Source of the DNA: Eledone cirrhosa | Lineage: Eukaryota | Direction: 5' to 3' | Assembly: GCA_964016885.1 (NCBI GenBank) | Contig: CAXHJY010000803.1 | Coordinates: 1-64,000 of the forward strand | DNA length: 64,000 nt | In this document: one piece after another, positions 18,648 to 31,923 of the stretch | How the letters are laid out: each line of letters opens with the position of its first letter | Numbering within the stretch: the first letter of the stretch is position 1 | The notes under the pieces: model-generated | Seen by the model: only the letters and a program-made list of their open reading frames with translations | What the model was told of the DNA's origin: nothing | The model's database searches: none | Made by a program: the position numbers and the translations under genes

Positions 18648-18692
18648 TCTTTATTCGCCATGAGGGCGCAAAAGATGGGGACAAATACAAGG
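18648..18692 (-). mobile_element. Very short 3'-terminal fragment of the Tx1/L1-type LINE
   Basis: TCTTTATTCGCCATGAGGGCGCAAAAGATGGGGACAAATACAAGG matches 9229-9273; followed by GATA repeats. Confidence 0.65.
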
Positions 18693-18879
18693 TAGTAAGA
18701 TAGATAGGTAGTTAGATAGATAGATAGATAGATACATAGATAGGTGAATAGATAGATATATAAATAGATGAATACATAGTTCGTACTTTACAGCTTCCTT
18801 ATATGCAGGGAAAATATTGTTGCTGTTACTTTTATTGATGCTTCCTTACAGTAATTATTTTTTCTAAGTATTTTTTAAT

Positions 18880-20560
18880 CCTACTATTGTTCCTTTCTAA
18901 TAATAAAAAAAACATTTCTGTCAAACTCCCTAGTTGTTGTGCACGTCATATCTATATTCTAACTATATCGACTTTAGGCCAATAGGTTCGGAACGCAATA
19001 AGTAGTTCTCAAGTTTTCCCATCAAAGCTCTTCAATTCACTTAACTTTCAATTTATTATGTTGACCTGTAGTTTACGACTGCTATGGCTGCTCTATTTTA
19101 TGCACATTTTATTTCTGCTCTTGAGCTCATAATTTTTCCTTTTTTAATATTAGTTTGGCCCAGGCAAGGAATTGGCAGAATCGTTGGAACGTAGGGCAAA
19201 CTGCTTTGTAGTATTTCTTTCGGCTGTTTGTGTTCTGTGTTCAAATCCTCTCGAGGTCAACGTTATCTTCATCCTTTCAAGTTCGATAAAATAAAGTACC
19301 AGTCAAATTCAAGGGTTGATATAATCGACGATTCTTTCCTCTCAAAATTGTTAGACTTGTGCCAAAATTAGAAAATATAAAAAGAGTGGTGAGTTGCCAG
19401 GATCGGTAGAGCGTCGGAGAAAATGCATTGTAATATTTCGTTAGAGTCGTCTACTTTCTGGTTTCAAATCCCACCGAGGTCAACTTTGTATTTATCCTTC
19501 CGGAGTCAATACAATAAACCCCCGATTAAGTGCTGAGATCAATTTACTTTCACCTTCTCCCAAATTGCTGACCTTGTGCTAAATATAGAAACTATAGGGC
19601 GCAGGAATCGCAGTATGGTCGAAGTGTCGGACAAAATGTTTTGCGGTATTTAGTTTCGACTTTCTATGTTCTGAATTCGTGTGCCGCCGAGATCCCCTCT
19701 GCTTTCTGTCCTTCCGTGGTCGATAAAATATAGTACCAGTTAAATACTGAGGGATCGATATAATTGATCCCCCCCCCCTTCCCAAATAAAATGCTGGCTT
19801 TGTGCCTAAATTAGAAACCAATTTTAGTCTAGTTCTTCTGTTGTACACTTTTCTAATTTAATCTTTCATTTTTTCCCGTGTTTTATCATATCACTTTCAA
19901 CTATTCTCTCATATTTCTATGAATGGTTATCTTCTAATTCTTTCATTCCAACGTCTGTCTCTAACTCTAATTAATTTACCGCCATATAGAGTAGCTTTAA
20001 CGTTTAATCCCATGACCAGTTTGATGTCAGAACTCAATTTATTTATAGTTTTCAGTACGTTATTCAGTTTTGTTTTGTGTTTTCTGTTTTGAATATAATT
20101 TTACTCCATCCATACAAATCGTAGTAGTTTGTTTATAGAATTTGTAGCTATTAGTGATTTGATTTAGTAAATGTATTAAGGGATATAGATTTTGACAAAA
20201 AGGACTCTCCTTGAAAAATTCCTCTTCCTATGGAGTTCTTTATAAACTTTATTTTGCTGGTTTATTGATATTTTCTATGATGTCATGTTGCGGTTGATAT
20301 GTCGCTTTTGTATTGTAGCTGCATGATTTATGTGGAGTGTCTTCAACATTAAGAAGTGTGGTATGCTGTCAAAGGTTTTTAGTTAATCCATGTCAAGCTC
20401 ACAATAGCTGTCCTCACTAACTGCGGTGTAGCAATGGAGTTTCTTTACATTTCTATATTCTGTTATATTACATGATTTTTTACTATCATCGCTGTTGTCA
20501 GGGATTTATAGTTCCCTACCATAAATGTCCGATGGTATCTTAACTCTTGATTCTAAAGAG
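18880..20560 (-). mobile_element. Highly degenerate R4/Dong-type non-LTR retrotransposon RT, split by three SINEs
   Basis: Minus-strand remnants KTFDSIPH, RGIFQGES, SSDIKLVMGL, ELKSRNK, KLSELKSFDGKT*ELL...PKVDIVRI resemble the R4-clade motifs KAFDSVPH, RGIFQGDSLSP, ELNSRNK, LDRKTRKLL...HPKADVDRLY. Confidence 0.7.
19160..19823 (+). mobile_element. Three tandem older family A SINEs (19160-19376, 19385-19592, 19597-19823)
   Basis: Each has a head, B box, core and a CCTTGTGCC/TAGAAA-like end. Confidence 0.85.
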
Positions 20561-20715
20561 AATTAGTGGTGGACAAAAATGACAACGTCCTAGGAAATAT
20601 TCTAGAGATCGATCTGAATTAGATCGATCTCTGAGGGTTTTCAGTCAAAGAAGTAACCGTGAACAACTTCTAGAAATGATAGTCGTGATATCGTTACAGG
20701 TTAGATATAGAAGCT

Positions 20716-20746
<31 letters not shown>

Positions 20747-20751
<5 letters not shown>

Positions 20752-20919
20752 AACAAGTATGACCCCGACGGCAGAACTCAAGCCGTTTCGACGGCTATTT
20801 CTGAGTCCAGAAATAGCCGTCGGGGTCATACTTGTTCCTATTACCCACTCTACTACACTAAGTATTGAGTACTTTGGTGCGTTATGGTCCATCTGGTTCC
20901 TTAACACAATTCTTTCGTT
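20747..20919 (+). mobile_element. Family C element with inverted 5' duplication, in (TA)n
   Basis: TAGGAACAAGTATGACCCCGACGGC...GCCGTCGGGGTCATACTTGTTCCTA palindrome followed by the family C tail. Confidence 0.85.
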
Positions 20920-22700
20920 ATATATATATGTGTGTATGTGTATATGTGTGTATGTGTATATATATGTGTGTATGTGTATATATATATATATGTGTATGTG
21001 TGTATATATATAATGTGTATGTGTGTATATATATATATGTGTATGTGTGTGTATATATATGTGTATATATATATATATGTATGTGTATATATATATATAT
21101 GTATGTGTATATATATATATGTATGTGTGTATATATATATATATGTATGTGTATATATATATATATGTATGTGTATATATATATATATGTATGTGTATAT
21201 ATATATATATGTATGTGTGTATATATATATATGTATGTGTGTATATATATATATGTATGTGTATATATATATATGTATGTGTGTATATATATATATGTAT
21301 GTGTGTATATATATATATGTATGTGTATATATATGTATGTGTGTATATATATATATGTATGTGTATATATATATATGTATGTGTATATATATATATGTAT
21401 GTGTATATATATATATGTATGTGTATATATATATATGTATGTGTATATATATATATGTATGTGTATATATATATATGTATGTGTATATATATATATGTAT
21501 GTGTATATATATATATATATATATGTATGTATATATGTATGTGTATATATATATATATATGTATGTATGTGTATGTATGTATGTATATGTATGTATGTAT
21601 GTGTATGTATGTATGTATATGTATGTATGTATGTGTATGTATGTATGTATGTATGTATGTATGTATGTGTATATATATATGTGTGTATGTGTATATATGT
21701 ATGTGTGTATATATGTATGTATGTATGTATGTGTGTGTATATATGTATGTATGTGTATATATATATGTATGTATGTATGTGTATATATGTATGTATGTAT
21801 GTATGTGTATATATGTATGTGTATATATGTATGTATGTATATATATGTATGTATGTGTATATATGTATGTATGTGTATATATGTATGTATGTATGTATGT
21901 GTATATATATATGTATGTATGTATGTATATGTATGTATGTATGTATGTATATATATATATGTATGTATGTATGTGTATATATATGTATGTATGTATGTGT
22001 ATATATGTATGTATGTATGTGTATATATGTATGTATGTATGTGTATATATGTATGTATGTGTATATATATATGTATGTATGTGTATATATATATGTATGT
22101 ATGTGTATATATATATGTATGTATGTGTATATTATATATGTGTGTATGTGTATATTATATATGTATCTATGTGTATATTATATATGTATCTATGTGTATA
22201 TTATATATGTATGTATGTGTATATTATATATGTATGTATGTGTATATTATATATGTATGTATGTGTATATTATATATGTATGTATGTGTATATTATATAT
22301 GTGTGTATGTGTATATTATGTATGTATGTGTATATATATATGTATGTATGTGTATGTATATATATATATGTATGTATGTGTATGTATATATATATATGTA
22401 TGTATGTGTATGTATATATATATATGTATGTATGTGTATATATATATATATATGTATGTATGTATGTGTATATATATATATATGTATGTATGTGTATATA
22501 TATATATATGTATGTATGTGTATATATATATATATGTATGTATGTGTATATATATATATATGTATGTATGTGTATATATATATATATGTATGTATGTGTA
22601 TATATGTATGTGTATATGTGTATATATGTGTATATGTGTATATATGTATGTATGTGTATATATATATATGTATGTATGTATGTATGTGTGTATATATATA
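20920..22700. repeat. (TATG)n/(TA)n compound microsatellite
   Basis: Direct composition. Confidence 0.98.
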
Positions 22701-23401
22701 GATATAAGTTCAGAGACGTGTTGCTACTACATGACCTTAGACGCGATGGCCTGAGTCAAACTAAAAAGATATCGGAGAAAGTGGCGCAGAGTTTGACATA
22801 ACTCTGGGAGGCTGTGATATTCTGTCACCATTACTGACTCATTATAGCCGACATCAAAGAATCCTGATCACCTGATCCTCCCTCTCTCCTCCTCTCTCTC
22901 TCTCCCTTCCACTTTCTCTCTCTCTCTCTCTCTCTTCCCCCTCACACACTCTCTGTGTGTCCCTCTGTACCTCCCAGAATACCTTTCCCTCATTCCATTA
23001 CTCTCCATTTCTTTCTCTCGTTTCCTTCAATTTAACATGTTTTTTTTTTGTTTTTCCTTATGTTGTTTCTTTCCATTTTAAATTTTCATTCTATAATTTC
23101 TGTCTATTTCATTTTTCTTACTTTTCCCTTCTACTTTCTTTCATTCAATCTCACTCCTCTTGCTTCTTCTATCTTTCTCTTTCATTCTTCTTCTTCTTCT
23201 TCCTTTCTCTCTTTCCTTCTTCTTCTTCTTCTTCTTCTTCTTCAACCCTTGTCTTCCGTTTATCATTTAGTTCTATCCTCTCCAATATTCTATTTCATTA
23301 GTTCAGTATTCTGTGTTTATTACTATTGTTACAGTTACCAGTCAATTATTCAACGTCTTCTCACAGACGGGTTATATTCTGTGGTACCAGTCCAAAGACA
23401 C

Positions 23402-23502
23402 TTCCTACTGAAGAGAGTCCGGATCTGGAGGTTCCTTATTTATTTTCACCATGGTAGTTCGTGGATGTTTCTTCTCTGAAATTCGAAACAGCTGTATAGG
23501 AA
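23402..23502 (+). ncRNA. Minimal type I hammerhead ribozyme with long stem II
   Basis: Stem I TTCCTA (23402-07) / TAGGAA (23497-502); core CTGAAGA (23408-14); stem II GAGT.CGGA..GGAGG / TCTTC.TCTG..ATTC; GAAA (23485-88); palindromic stem III A-CAGCTG-T; UH = UA. Confidence 0.8.
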
Positions 23503-24037
23503 TAGTTTAGACATATCTATTAATATAAATAATATTTTTATAGATTACTTTTGTACCTTGTCATATGAATTGCATTATATAATTAGTTTGTTTTCTGTAA
23601 TATTCTTGCATCAGTGAGCTCCGGAATGGCTCTTTCGAATCTTTCAAGCTTTTTACTGAACAATGAAATCGAGATATTTTATTTCGATTTATATATTATA
23701 TATAATATAATATATATTATATAGTGCTTATATATATATATATATGTGTGTATATATATATATATAAGTATATTTATATACATACAATCATAGGTATGAA
23801 CATATAGTCTGTTTCAACGTCACTTATACGTGGGTGTGTATAAGTATTAAAAACAAGACACTCTTATAATTAAACTAATTAACTCCCCAGGAAGAAAATT
23901 AATTATAAAATAAAAGTCAAAATCGTAGTATTGATTATTACTGATTATTATTACATACAAAATCGCATTATATATTAATGTAACATGATGTATTGTATGT
24001 ATGCATAAGTATATGCCCCCCCCCCTCTCTCTCTCTG

Positions 24038-24075
<38 letters not shown>

Positions 24076-24321
24076 AAGAGAGATAGAGAGAGAGATGTAT
24101 GTGTTCTTTCTTTCTGTTCCTTTATTATCAAGCTCTGCACATTATTTAAATTATGAGTTAAACTTGCACCGAGAATGACTTCAGCTTTATAATGCAAACT
24201 TAAGTGAAAAGCCGTTATATAACTCATGACATTGCGCCGAGTGTTAAGTTACTGTTACTTGGGCAACGAGTTCAAATTAAGACTAGGAATATAAGTGAGG
24301 GCACAGTTTGTTACCCTAGTA

Positions 24322-24487
24322 CAGGGCTTCTCGAACTTTTTCAAACGCGGAACCCTTTTTTGGTCCAGAAACTTTTGGGGGAACCCTCAACTCTAACACT
24401 GTTATATGGTCGTAATATAAATATACTCCTATACCTTTTCACGGAACCCCAACCCCTCGTTTGTGGAACCCACTTTGGGAACCACTG
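24322..24487. mobile_element. hAT (Charlie-like) MITE
   Basis: Termini CAGGGCTTCTCGAA...TTTGGGAACCACTG; 8-bp TSD CCCTAGTA (24314-21) / CCCTAGAA (24488-95), a 7/8 match. Confidence 0.85.
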
Positions 24488-25204
24488 CCCTAGAAGTCTC
24501 CAGCTCCCTGACTGTTCAGTCAATACTTGTCAACTATAGTTTTAATATATAGACATGTAAACATGCAGGAAAATACGAATTTCCCTTATCAGAAGACGTG
24601 TTTATCATCCAACCAACCACAAGGTAACACCTACTTGATGGGCTACTACCACTATCACCACCACCAACACTACCATCACTACCACCACTACCACCACCAT
24701 CACCACCACTACCACCACCATCACCACCACCACCACCACCACCACCACCACTGCCACCACTACGAATTTAACCTTCGGGGATGGTGGAACAGCTGAGTTA
24801 ATAATTATCATTTCTTGTTTTGAAAAGAAGGCGGGGCTCCCTTCCTCCTCCTCCTCCTCCTCCTCCTCCAGCAAAACAACAACAGCAGCAGCAACAGACA
24901 ACAACAAAACATCAAATGTTCTGTAGCAAACATATTTGCATATTTCCCCATATGACCGAAAATTTAGCAAAGGTCAACAAGATATATTTTGGTAACAACT
25001 CGATCTGTGTATTGGCATTACATTGAATTCCCATGACCCCGAATCCTACATCACAAGACAATCCTCACAAGAAGAATCTCGTCCGTCCACCATTCCTTTT
25101 TCACCACTAACACCACTTTATTTGAAATCCCACCAGTAAAACAATTTAGATAATTATTCGTATCGTGCGAGACAGTTCTCGGCTTCCACCATTTCTGATC
25201 GTAC

Positions 25205-25425
25205 ACAATACATAATGTATAAAATAAGAGTGTCACACACAACCAGAGACCGCATTCAGACATTTGAGATGAACTAAACAATACATAATGTATAAAATAA
25301 GAGTGTCACACACAACCAGAGACCGCATTCAGACATTTGAGATGAACTAAACAATACATAATGTATAAAATAAGAGTGTCACACACAACCAGAGACCACA
25401 TTCAGACATTTGAGATGAACTAAAC
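25205..25425. repeat. 73-bp tandem repeat x3
   Basis: Units start at 25205, 25278 and 25351. Confidence 0.95.
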
Positions 25426-25819
25426 CTCTTCACCCGTATCTCAAAACTGGCCGGGAAATAACCACAGTTCAGTAAAGTATTCAATATGTTTGTAGCGAAT
25501 AAAAATATTTATATTATATAGAAATGACTTCAACATGATTTTCTTGATGATTTCATAGAACTGAAACATCTCTAATCCTGTAGGAGTCATATATTGAAAT
25601 AAATATCGAACTAAATAAATACCAAAATTAAATAATTAAAGTAAATAATTCACGAAATATAAAATGAATAAATAAAGAAAAATAATTAACTAAATTTCTA
25701 AAATTGCTAAATAAAGAAAGAAACAACAAAATAGATATATAACGAATTAAATATATAACGAATTAAATAATGAGTTAACAGATAATTAACGAACTAAATA
25801 AGCAATTAAATAATGCAAT

Positions 25820-25877
<58 letters not shown>

Positions 25878-26190
25878 TGTGGTTGTCTGTCTGTCTATCG
25901 ATTTTTGGCACACATCTCCTCTTAGAATCTCTCACGGAATTGCACCGAAATTGCTATACTTGTACATTGAGCCCTAGCGAAGACATCGGAAAAAAAATAT
26001 TTCAAATTGACCCACCCTATGTGACGAAATCGAATATAATGTATCGATTTTTGAGCGTAAGTTATCAGTTATTTCCCTTTGTTCTGTTTACATTGAGCGT
26101 CTTACGTAAAAAATTACGCTGGCTTTCTCAGCGTTTAAAATGACATTAACACAATACACGAACAGTTGTCGAGCCAGCAAAATATTGACC

Positions 26191-26436
26191 TGCAAAATTC
26201 ATCAGTTCGAACACTAAGCTTCCGTTTTGCTTCATTTCCATTTAAAAGCATTTTAAAATAATATTTTTACTTGAAAACAAGTCTATTTAAAGACTACGTA
26301 AAACAAGCAAATATGCAAAATTCATCAGTTCGAACACTAAGCTTCCGTTTTGCTTCATTTCCATTTAAAAGCATTTTAAAACAATATTTTTACTTGAAAA
26401 CAAGTCTATTTAAAGACTACGTAAAACAAGCAAATA
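26191..26436. repeat. 123-bp tandem duplication inside the Helitron
   Basis: Units start at 26191 and 26314. Confidence 0.93.
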
Positions 26437-26501
26437 TTTCGTAAAAAAAAGCAAAAATTATATAAGTTTATTTAAAATATATGTATCTGTAAATTTCGTT
26501 A

Positions 26502-26739
26502 GGCGTGCAGACAGACAGTCGTGCAGAGAGGTGATATACGCGTGCAGACAGACAGTCGTGCAGAGAGGTGATATAGGCGTGCAGACAGACAGTCGTGCAG
26601 AGAGGTGATATAGGCGTGCAGACAGACAGTCGTGCAGAGAGGTGATATAGGCGTGCAGACAGACAGTCGTGCAGAGAGGTGATATAGGCGTGCAGACAGA
26701 CAGTCGTGCAGAGAGGTGATATAGGCGTGCAGACAGACA
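26502..26739. repeat. 37-bp minisatellite (~6.4 units) inside the Helitron
   Basis: Unit GGCGTGCAGACAGACAGTCGTGCAGAGAGGTGATATA. Confidence 0.96.
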
Positions 26740-27342
26740 TAACTGATAATTTGGTTATGCTAATGTTTTTCTCTGCGTTGCAGTGTTTACATTTTCGATC
26801 TTTGTTAATAAATAACCAGTGCAGTTTCTATCCCCAGCATCCTCTTTTGTTATAACATTGGGGTTATCGTTATGTTTTCTTAACTTCATAAGGCATATTG
26901 TTGGTTGAGGGAATATTAATCAAAAACACCACATGCAAGTCTGCACAGTAGACACTACAGTTTTTAAGCCAATAAAGAAACTTAACATTGTAACTTTAAC
27001 ACAGCTACTGAGCGACCCCGAGCAACGCCGGGCTTTACTGCTAGTACAGTATATAAAAATATTAAATAACGTCCTAATAAATAATAAATTAAAATGGATA
27101 TATAACGAATTATATAACGAATTATATAAGAAAGACATTAATTAATAACGAAATAATTATATAAATATAACGAAATAATTATATAAATAACAATATGGTT
27201 AAATTAACGATTTTAAAAGGTAATTACATAAGTAATAAATAAATAAATAAGGAGTTAAATGACCAGGGGCAGTGGAACTGGGGGGAGGCGGCAATGGGGC
27301 TATGCCCCCCCCCCAGTAAATATATTTACAATTTATGAATAT

Positions 27343-27446
27343 TGCCGAGGTTAACTTTGCCTTTCATCCTTACGGGGTCGATAAAATAAAGTACCAGTAA
27401 TGTACTGGGTAATTGCTTGCCTTGTGCCAATAGTAGAAACAATTAT
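27343..27446 (+). mobile_element. 5'-truncated family A SINE
   Basis: Core and tail only. Confidence 0.88.
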
Positions 27447-27842
27447 GTAGAAACAGATGTGAGAGATAGATATATATATAGAGAAAGAGGAGGAGAGTTT
27501 GGTGGTAATGGATATAGAGAGAATGGTTGGAAGAGTGTGTTGTATATATATATAGTTATATATATACGCACACACACACACACCACCACACCACACCACA
27601 CCACACCACACCACACCACACTATCATTACATACGTATCCTAACTGAGCTGTTCGATTCCTATATAACAGAATCAATAAAGATCAAAGAATATCGGTAAC
27701 AATGCTGATAAAGATAATATCCCCCCCCCCTCCCCCTCCCACACCTCATTCTTACTCTTTGAGTGAAAAACTTCCCATCAAGCTGTTCGGTTTTTTCTGA
27801 AACTTTTTGGGAACACCTGTGTGATTCGGCTTCTTGATATAT

Positions 27843-27889
<47 letters not shown>

Positions 27890-28056
27890 TCTGTGTATTT
27901 TTTATTTGTATGAATGTGTGTGTGTGTATGTATGTCTGTGCATGTCTTTATGCTTGTGTGCGTGCGCGTGTGATCTAATGTATATGTATCTGAGTCCATT
28001 AATGCTTTTATGTTCCTGATTCCTTTTTCATTCTCCTCTCTTTCTCCCCCCCCCCC

Positions 28057-28110
<54 letters not shown>

Positions 28111-28199
28111 CAATAGTGTAATAACTGCAACAACATCGCAATTTCCCTAACTGTAACAGCCTAACTGTTACCATCCATGCTGCTGGGTTGTATACAATT

Positions 28200-28800
28200 C
28201 CAGTAGATTGTAAGGTGTATTAACATCAAAAGATTATCACCTGGAACCTTATAACCCCTAATAGTGAGAAACAACACGGAATCTATAATAGGTGTTGATC
28301 ACGTATTTCTGTTTCGTATAACCCACAATACTCTGGGGTGGCGTCTAGCGTAGCTAGATTATTCTTTAAAACACTTGACAAATGTTTCCTAAAACCCTAT
28401 AAGTAATATAGAATATTTAATAGGCATGCTGTAAAATTACCCTACGTTAAAACTTAGAACCTTGCCCAAAACACAGCTAATATAAACTCCGCTAGATTAA
28501 GAAAGGGGCCTAGAGAATGCAATAATATAACAGTTAACCCTTACAGATCGAACAATTTAACTAACCGTATCGATATATCTCCTAATAACATCACGTCCCA
28601 TGACACTCTCCAGCAAGGACAAAATGTTGTACACTCTGACTTTACAAGTGGCCACCTCCACAACTCCAATAGGAATACAACTTAGTAAATAACAGAGTAT
28701 AACTGTAGAAACCCCGGGATTTGCCCCCCATAAAATAAGTGCTTACAGAATCATATCAAATAGAAGTGTAGAGTGACTACTACTAATACACTATATAGAT
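28200..28800 (+). mobile_element. Degenerate Penelope-like element ORF fragment (RT thumb/linker)
   Basis: Frame YNPQYSGVASSVARLFFKTLDKCFLKPYK*YRIFNRHAVKLPYVKT*NLAQ resembles the PLE pattern W(F/Y)NPPYS...LDKHFP...KIFNR.TVKLSY; boundaries approximate. Confidence 0.7.
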
Positions 28801-30276
28801 AGAGAGGGGCAACTGACTTTCTTCTCGTTTAATACGTTGATACAGAGAAGGACTTGAACCCAGAGAGCGCGAGTCGAATACCGCTCGATATTCCCCGATG
28901 ATCCCCGATGTTCCCCGATGTTCCACCAATTCGCCAACCTTATCTCTCTATATATCCACCCATATTTAAGATAGCAATAAAATAAACAATAAAATATATA
29001 AATTGAATACAGTGATACAGTAATAAAATATATGATAAAAGAATCGATGGCAATAAAATACTCTAAATCTGATGACGATAATAAAATGAAATAAAATTAT
29101 ATGATAATAAAATATCCGATAAAATATTAAAATAAAGGAAACCGCCTACATAAGCCAATGAACTTATTAACCTGAATTGAGAAAAGTCAAGGTCATATTC
29201 TCCAGGAAAACAATGAAGAGAGGAATATATTTTACTATCTAGTAGTTCTGGGGAGAGAAACTTTCTGTATGAAACTTGAAGCGTGTCTATGAGATGTCCA
29301 GGAAGCATGGATGTGATTCACTAAACTTTACAAACCGATTTCTAATGGAAATTTTCGTGATTAGCGGAATGGAGCTTATCTAAATATTTTCCTGTGAAAG
29401 TAATTCACAAACTTGCATCAATGATAGAGATAATAATATGGCGAAAAGAACTTCTCACTAATTAATCTATGCACTCGATTCTGAACTCCATCAAGACCAG
29501 ACAGAATATAATGAGAGAAACACGTCTAAATATGCGATCAGTACTCCAGTTTGGAACTTATATTGATTCCATATCAGTGAATTGATCGTTAATGGAATAT
29601 TTCAAGCTTCTTTCCTTTGAAAATGGTTTGATGGGGGGAAAAGACTTTACTAACCATGGCAGGGTAGGTCAGTTTATGAAGGAATTCTCCAAACCAAATT
29701 TTGTCAAATGCTATGGAGAAGTCTATATCACTTTCAAAATATAAAAACAATAGTTAAGTATTCAATTACAAGTAATCTATATCAAATCAATTACTATTTC
29801 ATAAAATCATTTATATTACCAACAGCAGAGATAACAACAACAACAGTATATCTACATTAGCCTTACTGTCAGCCATACTGAATGCGCCAATAATATCATA
29901 AATGTCCTTATGAAAACCTGACACTCAAACTGTTTTGTTCTTTCCTTCCCAACAACAAACCCACTCACTACACACATCTTGGAGGAAGCAATCTTGTCAT
30001 GCCTTACACGATATCTCTCTGTAGTGTAATAAATATATTAGTCACGACGTATACCAACTTGTGAATGCTAAGAGGGACAGAAGAGTAACTCAATCTCTGT
30101 TGTGATTAATAATCGAATTATTTTGATTCAATAAAGCACGTTTTTCTTACGCCCATGTTTCAAAACAGATCAAGTACAGTAAGAAAAGCGTATATGTGTT
30201 CTGGAAACACTAAAAATAAACACATCCCAATCTATGGTTAATGATATAATTTATAGTATAAAATATACATGGATTA

Positions 30277-30389
<113 letters not shown>

Positions 30390-30969
30390 GTATATATATA
30401 TATTCCTTCATAACCTCATATATATATATATATATACAAATGGAGAGAGAGAGATATTATGATAAACTGCAGCTTCTTGAGACCTGAAAACAATTCACGT
30501 TTCTGATTATTCAAAAGATTGAAATAAGAAAGCTGCGTGACAAAATATCCGCAAGTATATCGAAATAGGATTAGTCAGCAGTACATAGACATATTATTAG
30601 ATATCAAAAGTAATTAAGAAAATGAAGCGCACATTTATCTATTCTATGCCATGTGTAAAACATACAATATTTCCACTTAATCCTGGGCAAAAACTAATGT
30701 TTTCATTTCTTCTATATCATATGTATAAAATACACTCAAGCAGACGCGGTAGGGGTTATAACTGAAAATAAAAAAAACACGCTGGGATTCGTTCTTTAAA
30801 CGTCAATGATTTTATTGACGCTAGAGGCGAAATGTATTTCATACTTAGCTATTTCATTGCGATAATGATTGATAGATAGATAGATAGATAGACACACACG
30901 TACACACGTACACATACACACATACATACACGCACACACAGAGCTATTGAATTACAAACGAAAGTTGAA

Positions 30970-31385
30970 AGATGCGACATGATAGACCAAAGCAAGTTAG
31001 CGAAACTCAAGTGTGAAACTACAAGTAATTAACAAAGATCAACTATTTTAAGAAACGAATATAGAAACTTTCGCAGTGAAGCAAGAATACTCATTAGGCC
31101 TGATAAGAGGAAGTGCTTGAATAACATTACTGATAAAACTAAATAGAGGAGCAGATTAACTTATCAACCAATTAATGAAATTACAGACAACAACCAAGAA
31201 AAATGAAGAACTCCTAGTTAGATATACCCAGGGCAACCTGTTGACTAAAGATAAAGAAATAAAAACTTGATAGAAATATCACTTGAAGCTGTATTAAATA
31301 GACCAATTCTACGAAGGGAAGACAACTTTCCCCCAACTAAAAGGGATTGAGACATTGAAACGAGGAAATGTCAGTAACTTAGTTA
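30970..31385 (+). mobile_element. Degenerate RTE-clade LINE fragment (EN-RT linker)
   Basis: Remnants LRNEYRNFRSEARILIRPDKRK, PVRYTQGNLLTKDKEI and EAVLNRP, with stops and frameshifts. Confidence 0.6.
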
Positions 31386-31542
31386 TCAAAGGCCAGTTCC
31401 AGGCATATATGCCTGGAACTGGCCGTTGAAACAGCGAGAGTTCAGCCGTCGGGGCCCTGACTCATTATAATATAACCATACTCTACTAACCCAAGTATCG
31501 AGTAATGGTGTAACTAGTTTCTAACTGAATCCATCCTGATTT
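31385..31542 (+). mobile_element. Diverged family C relative
   Basis: Hairpin GGCCAGTTCCAGGCA-TATA-TGCCTGGAACTGGCC, then GTTGAAACAGC, CAGCCGTCGGGG, ACTCTACTA and AAGTATCGAGTA; ends in (TA)n. Confidence 0.65.
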
Positions 31543-31599
31543 ATATATATATATATATATATATAGGCCTACAAAAGGAATATAATGTACACCGACTTG

Positions 31600-31842
31600 C
31601 TAACATTATAACCTCTCACTGCCAAAGCCACTAAAATTTCCAAAGTAGAGAGAATACACAAGATATCGCAGAGTTAAACCCACAGCTATTGCTGGTACTC
31701 ATTTTCAGCTGAGTATACTGGAGCAACGTGGAATGAAGTGTTTTGCTCAAGAACATAAACAACCCATCCAACCCAGGAATCAAACCCACGGCATTATGAT
31801 CGTATATCCAACACCTTTACCACCAGGTCATGCGCCTCCACA
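31600..31842 (-). mobile_element. tRNA-derived SINE, second family (Meta-domain-like)
   Basis: Minus strand has a tRNA-like head, B box GGTTTGATTCC and GTTCTTGAGCAAAACACTT...CTCAGCTGAAAATGAGTACC; truncated copy at 57345-57445. Confidence 0.75.
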
Positions 31843-31854
31843 ATATATACGTGC

Positions 31855-31923
<69 letters not shown>

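Larger units (their letters stand above)
25819..27044 (+). mobile_element. Non-autonomous Helitron
   Basis: 5' A|TC followed by (TA)n-AAAA and a GTCT repeat; 3' hairpin CCCGAGCAACGCCGGG then CTAG|T at 27041-45; no TSD; similar AT-rich sequence on both flanks. Confidence 0.8.

Noticed and set aside
29065-29105. CTGATGA...GAAA hammerhead-like string
   Set aside because: No convincing stem I, II or III pairing.
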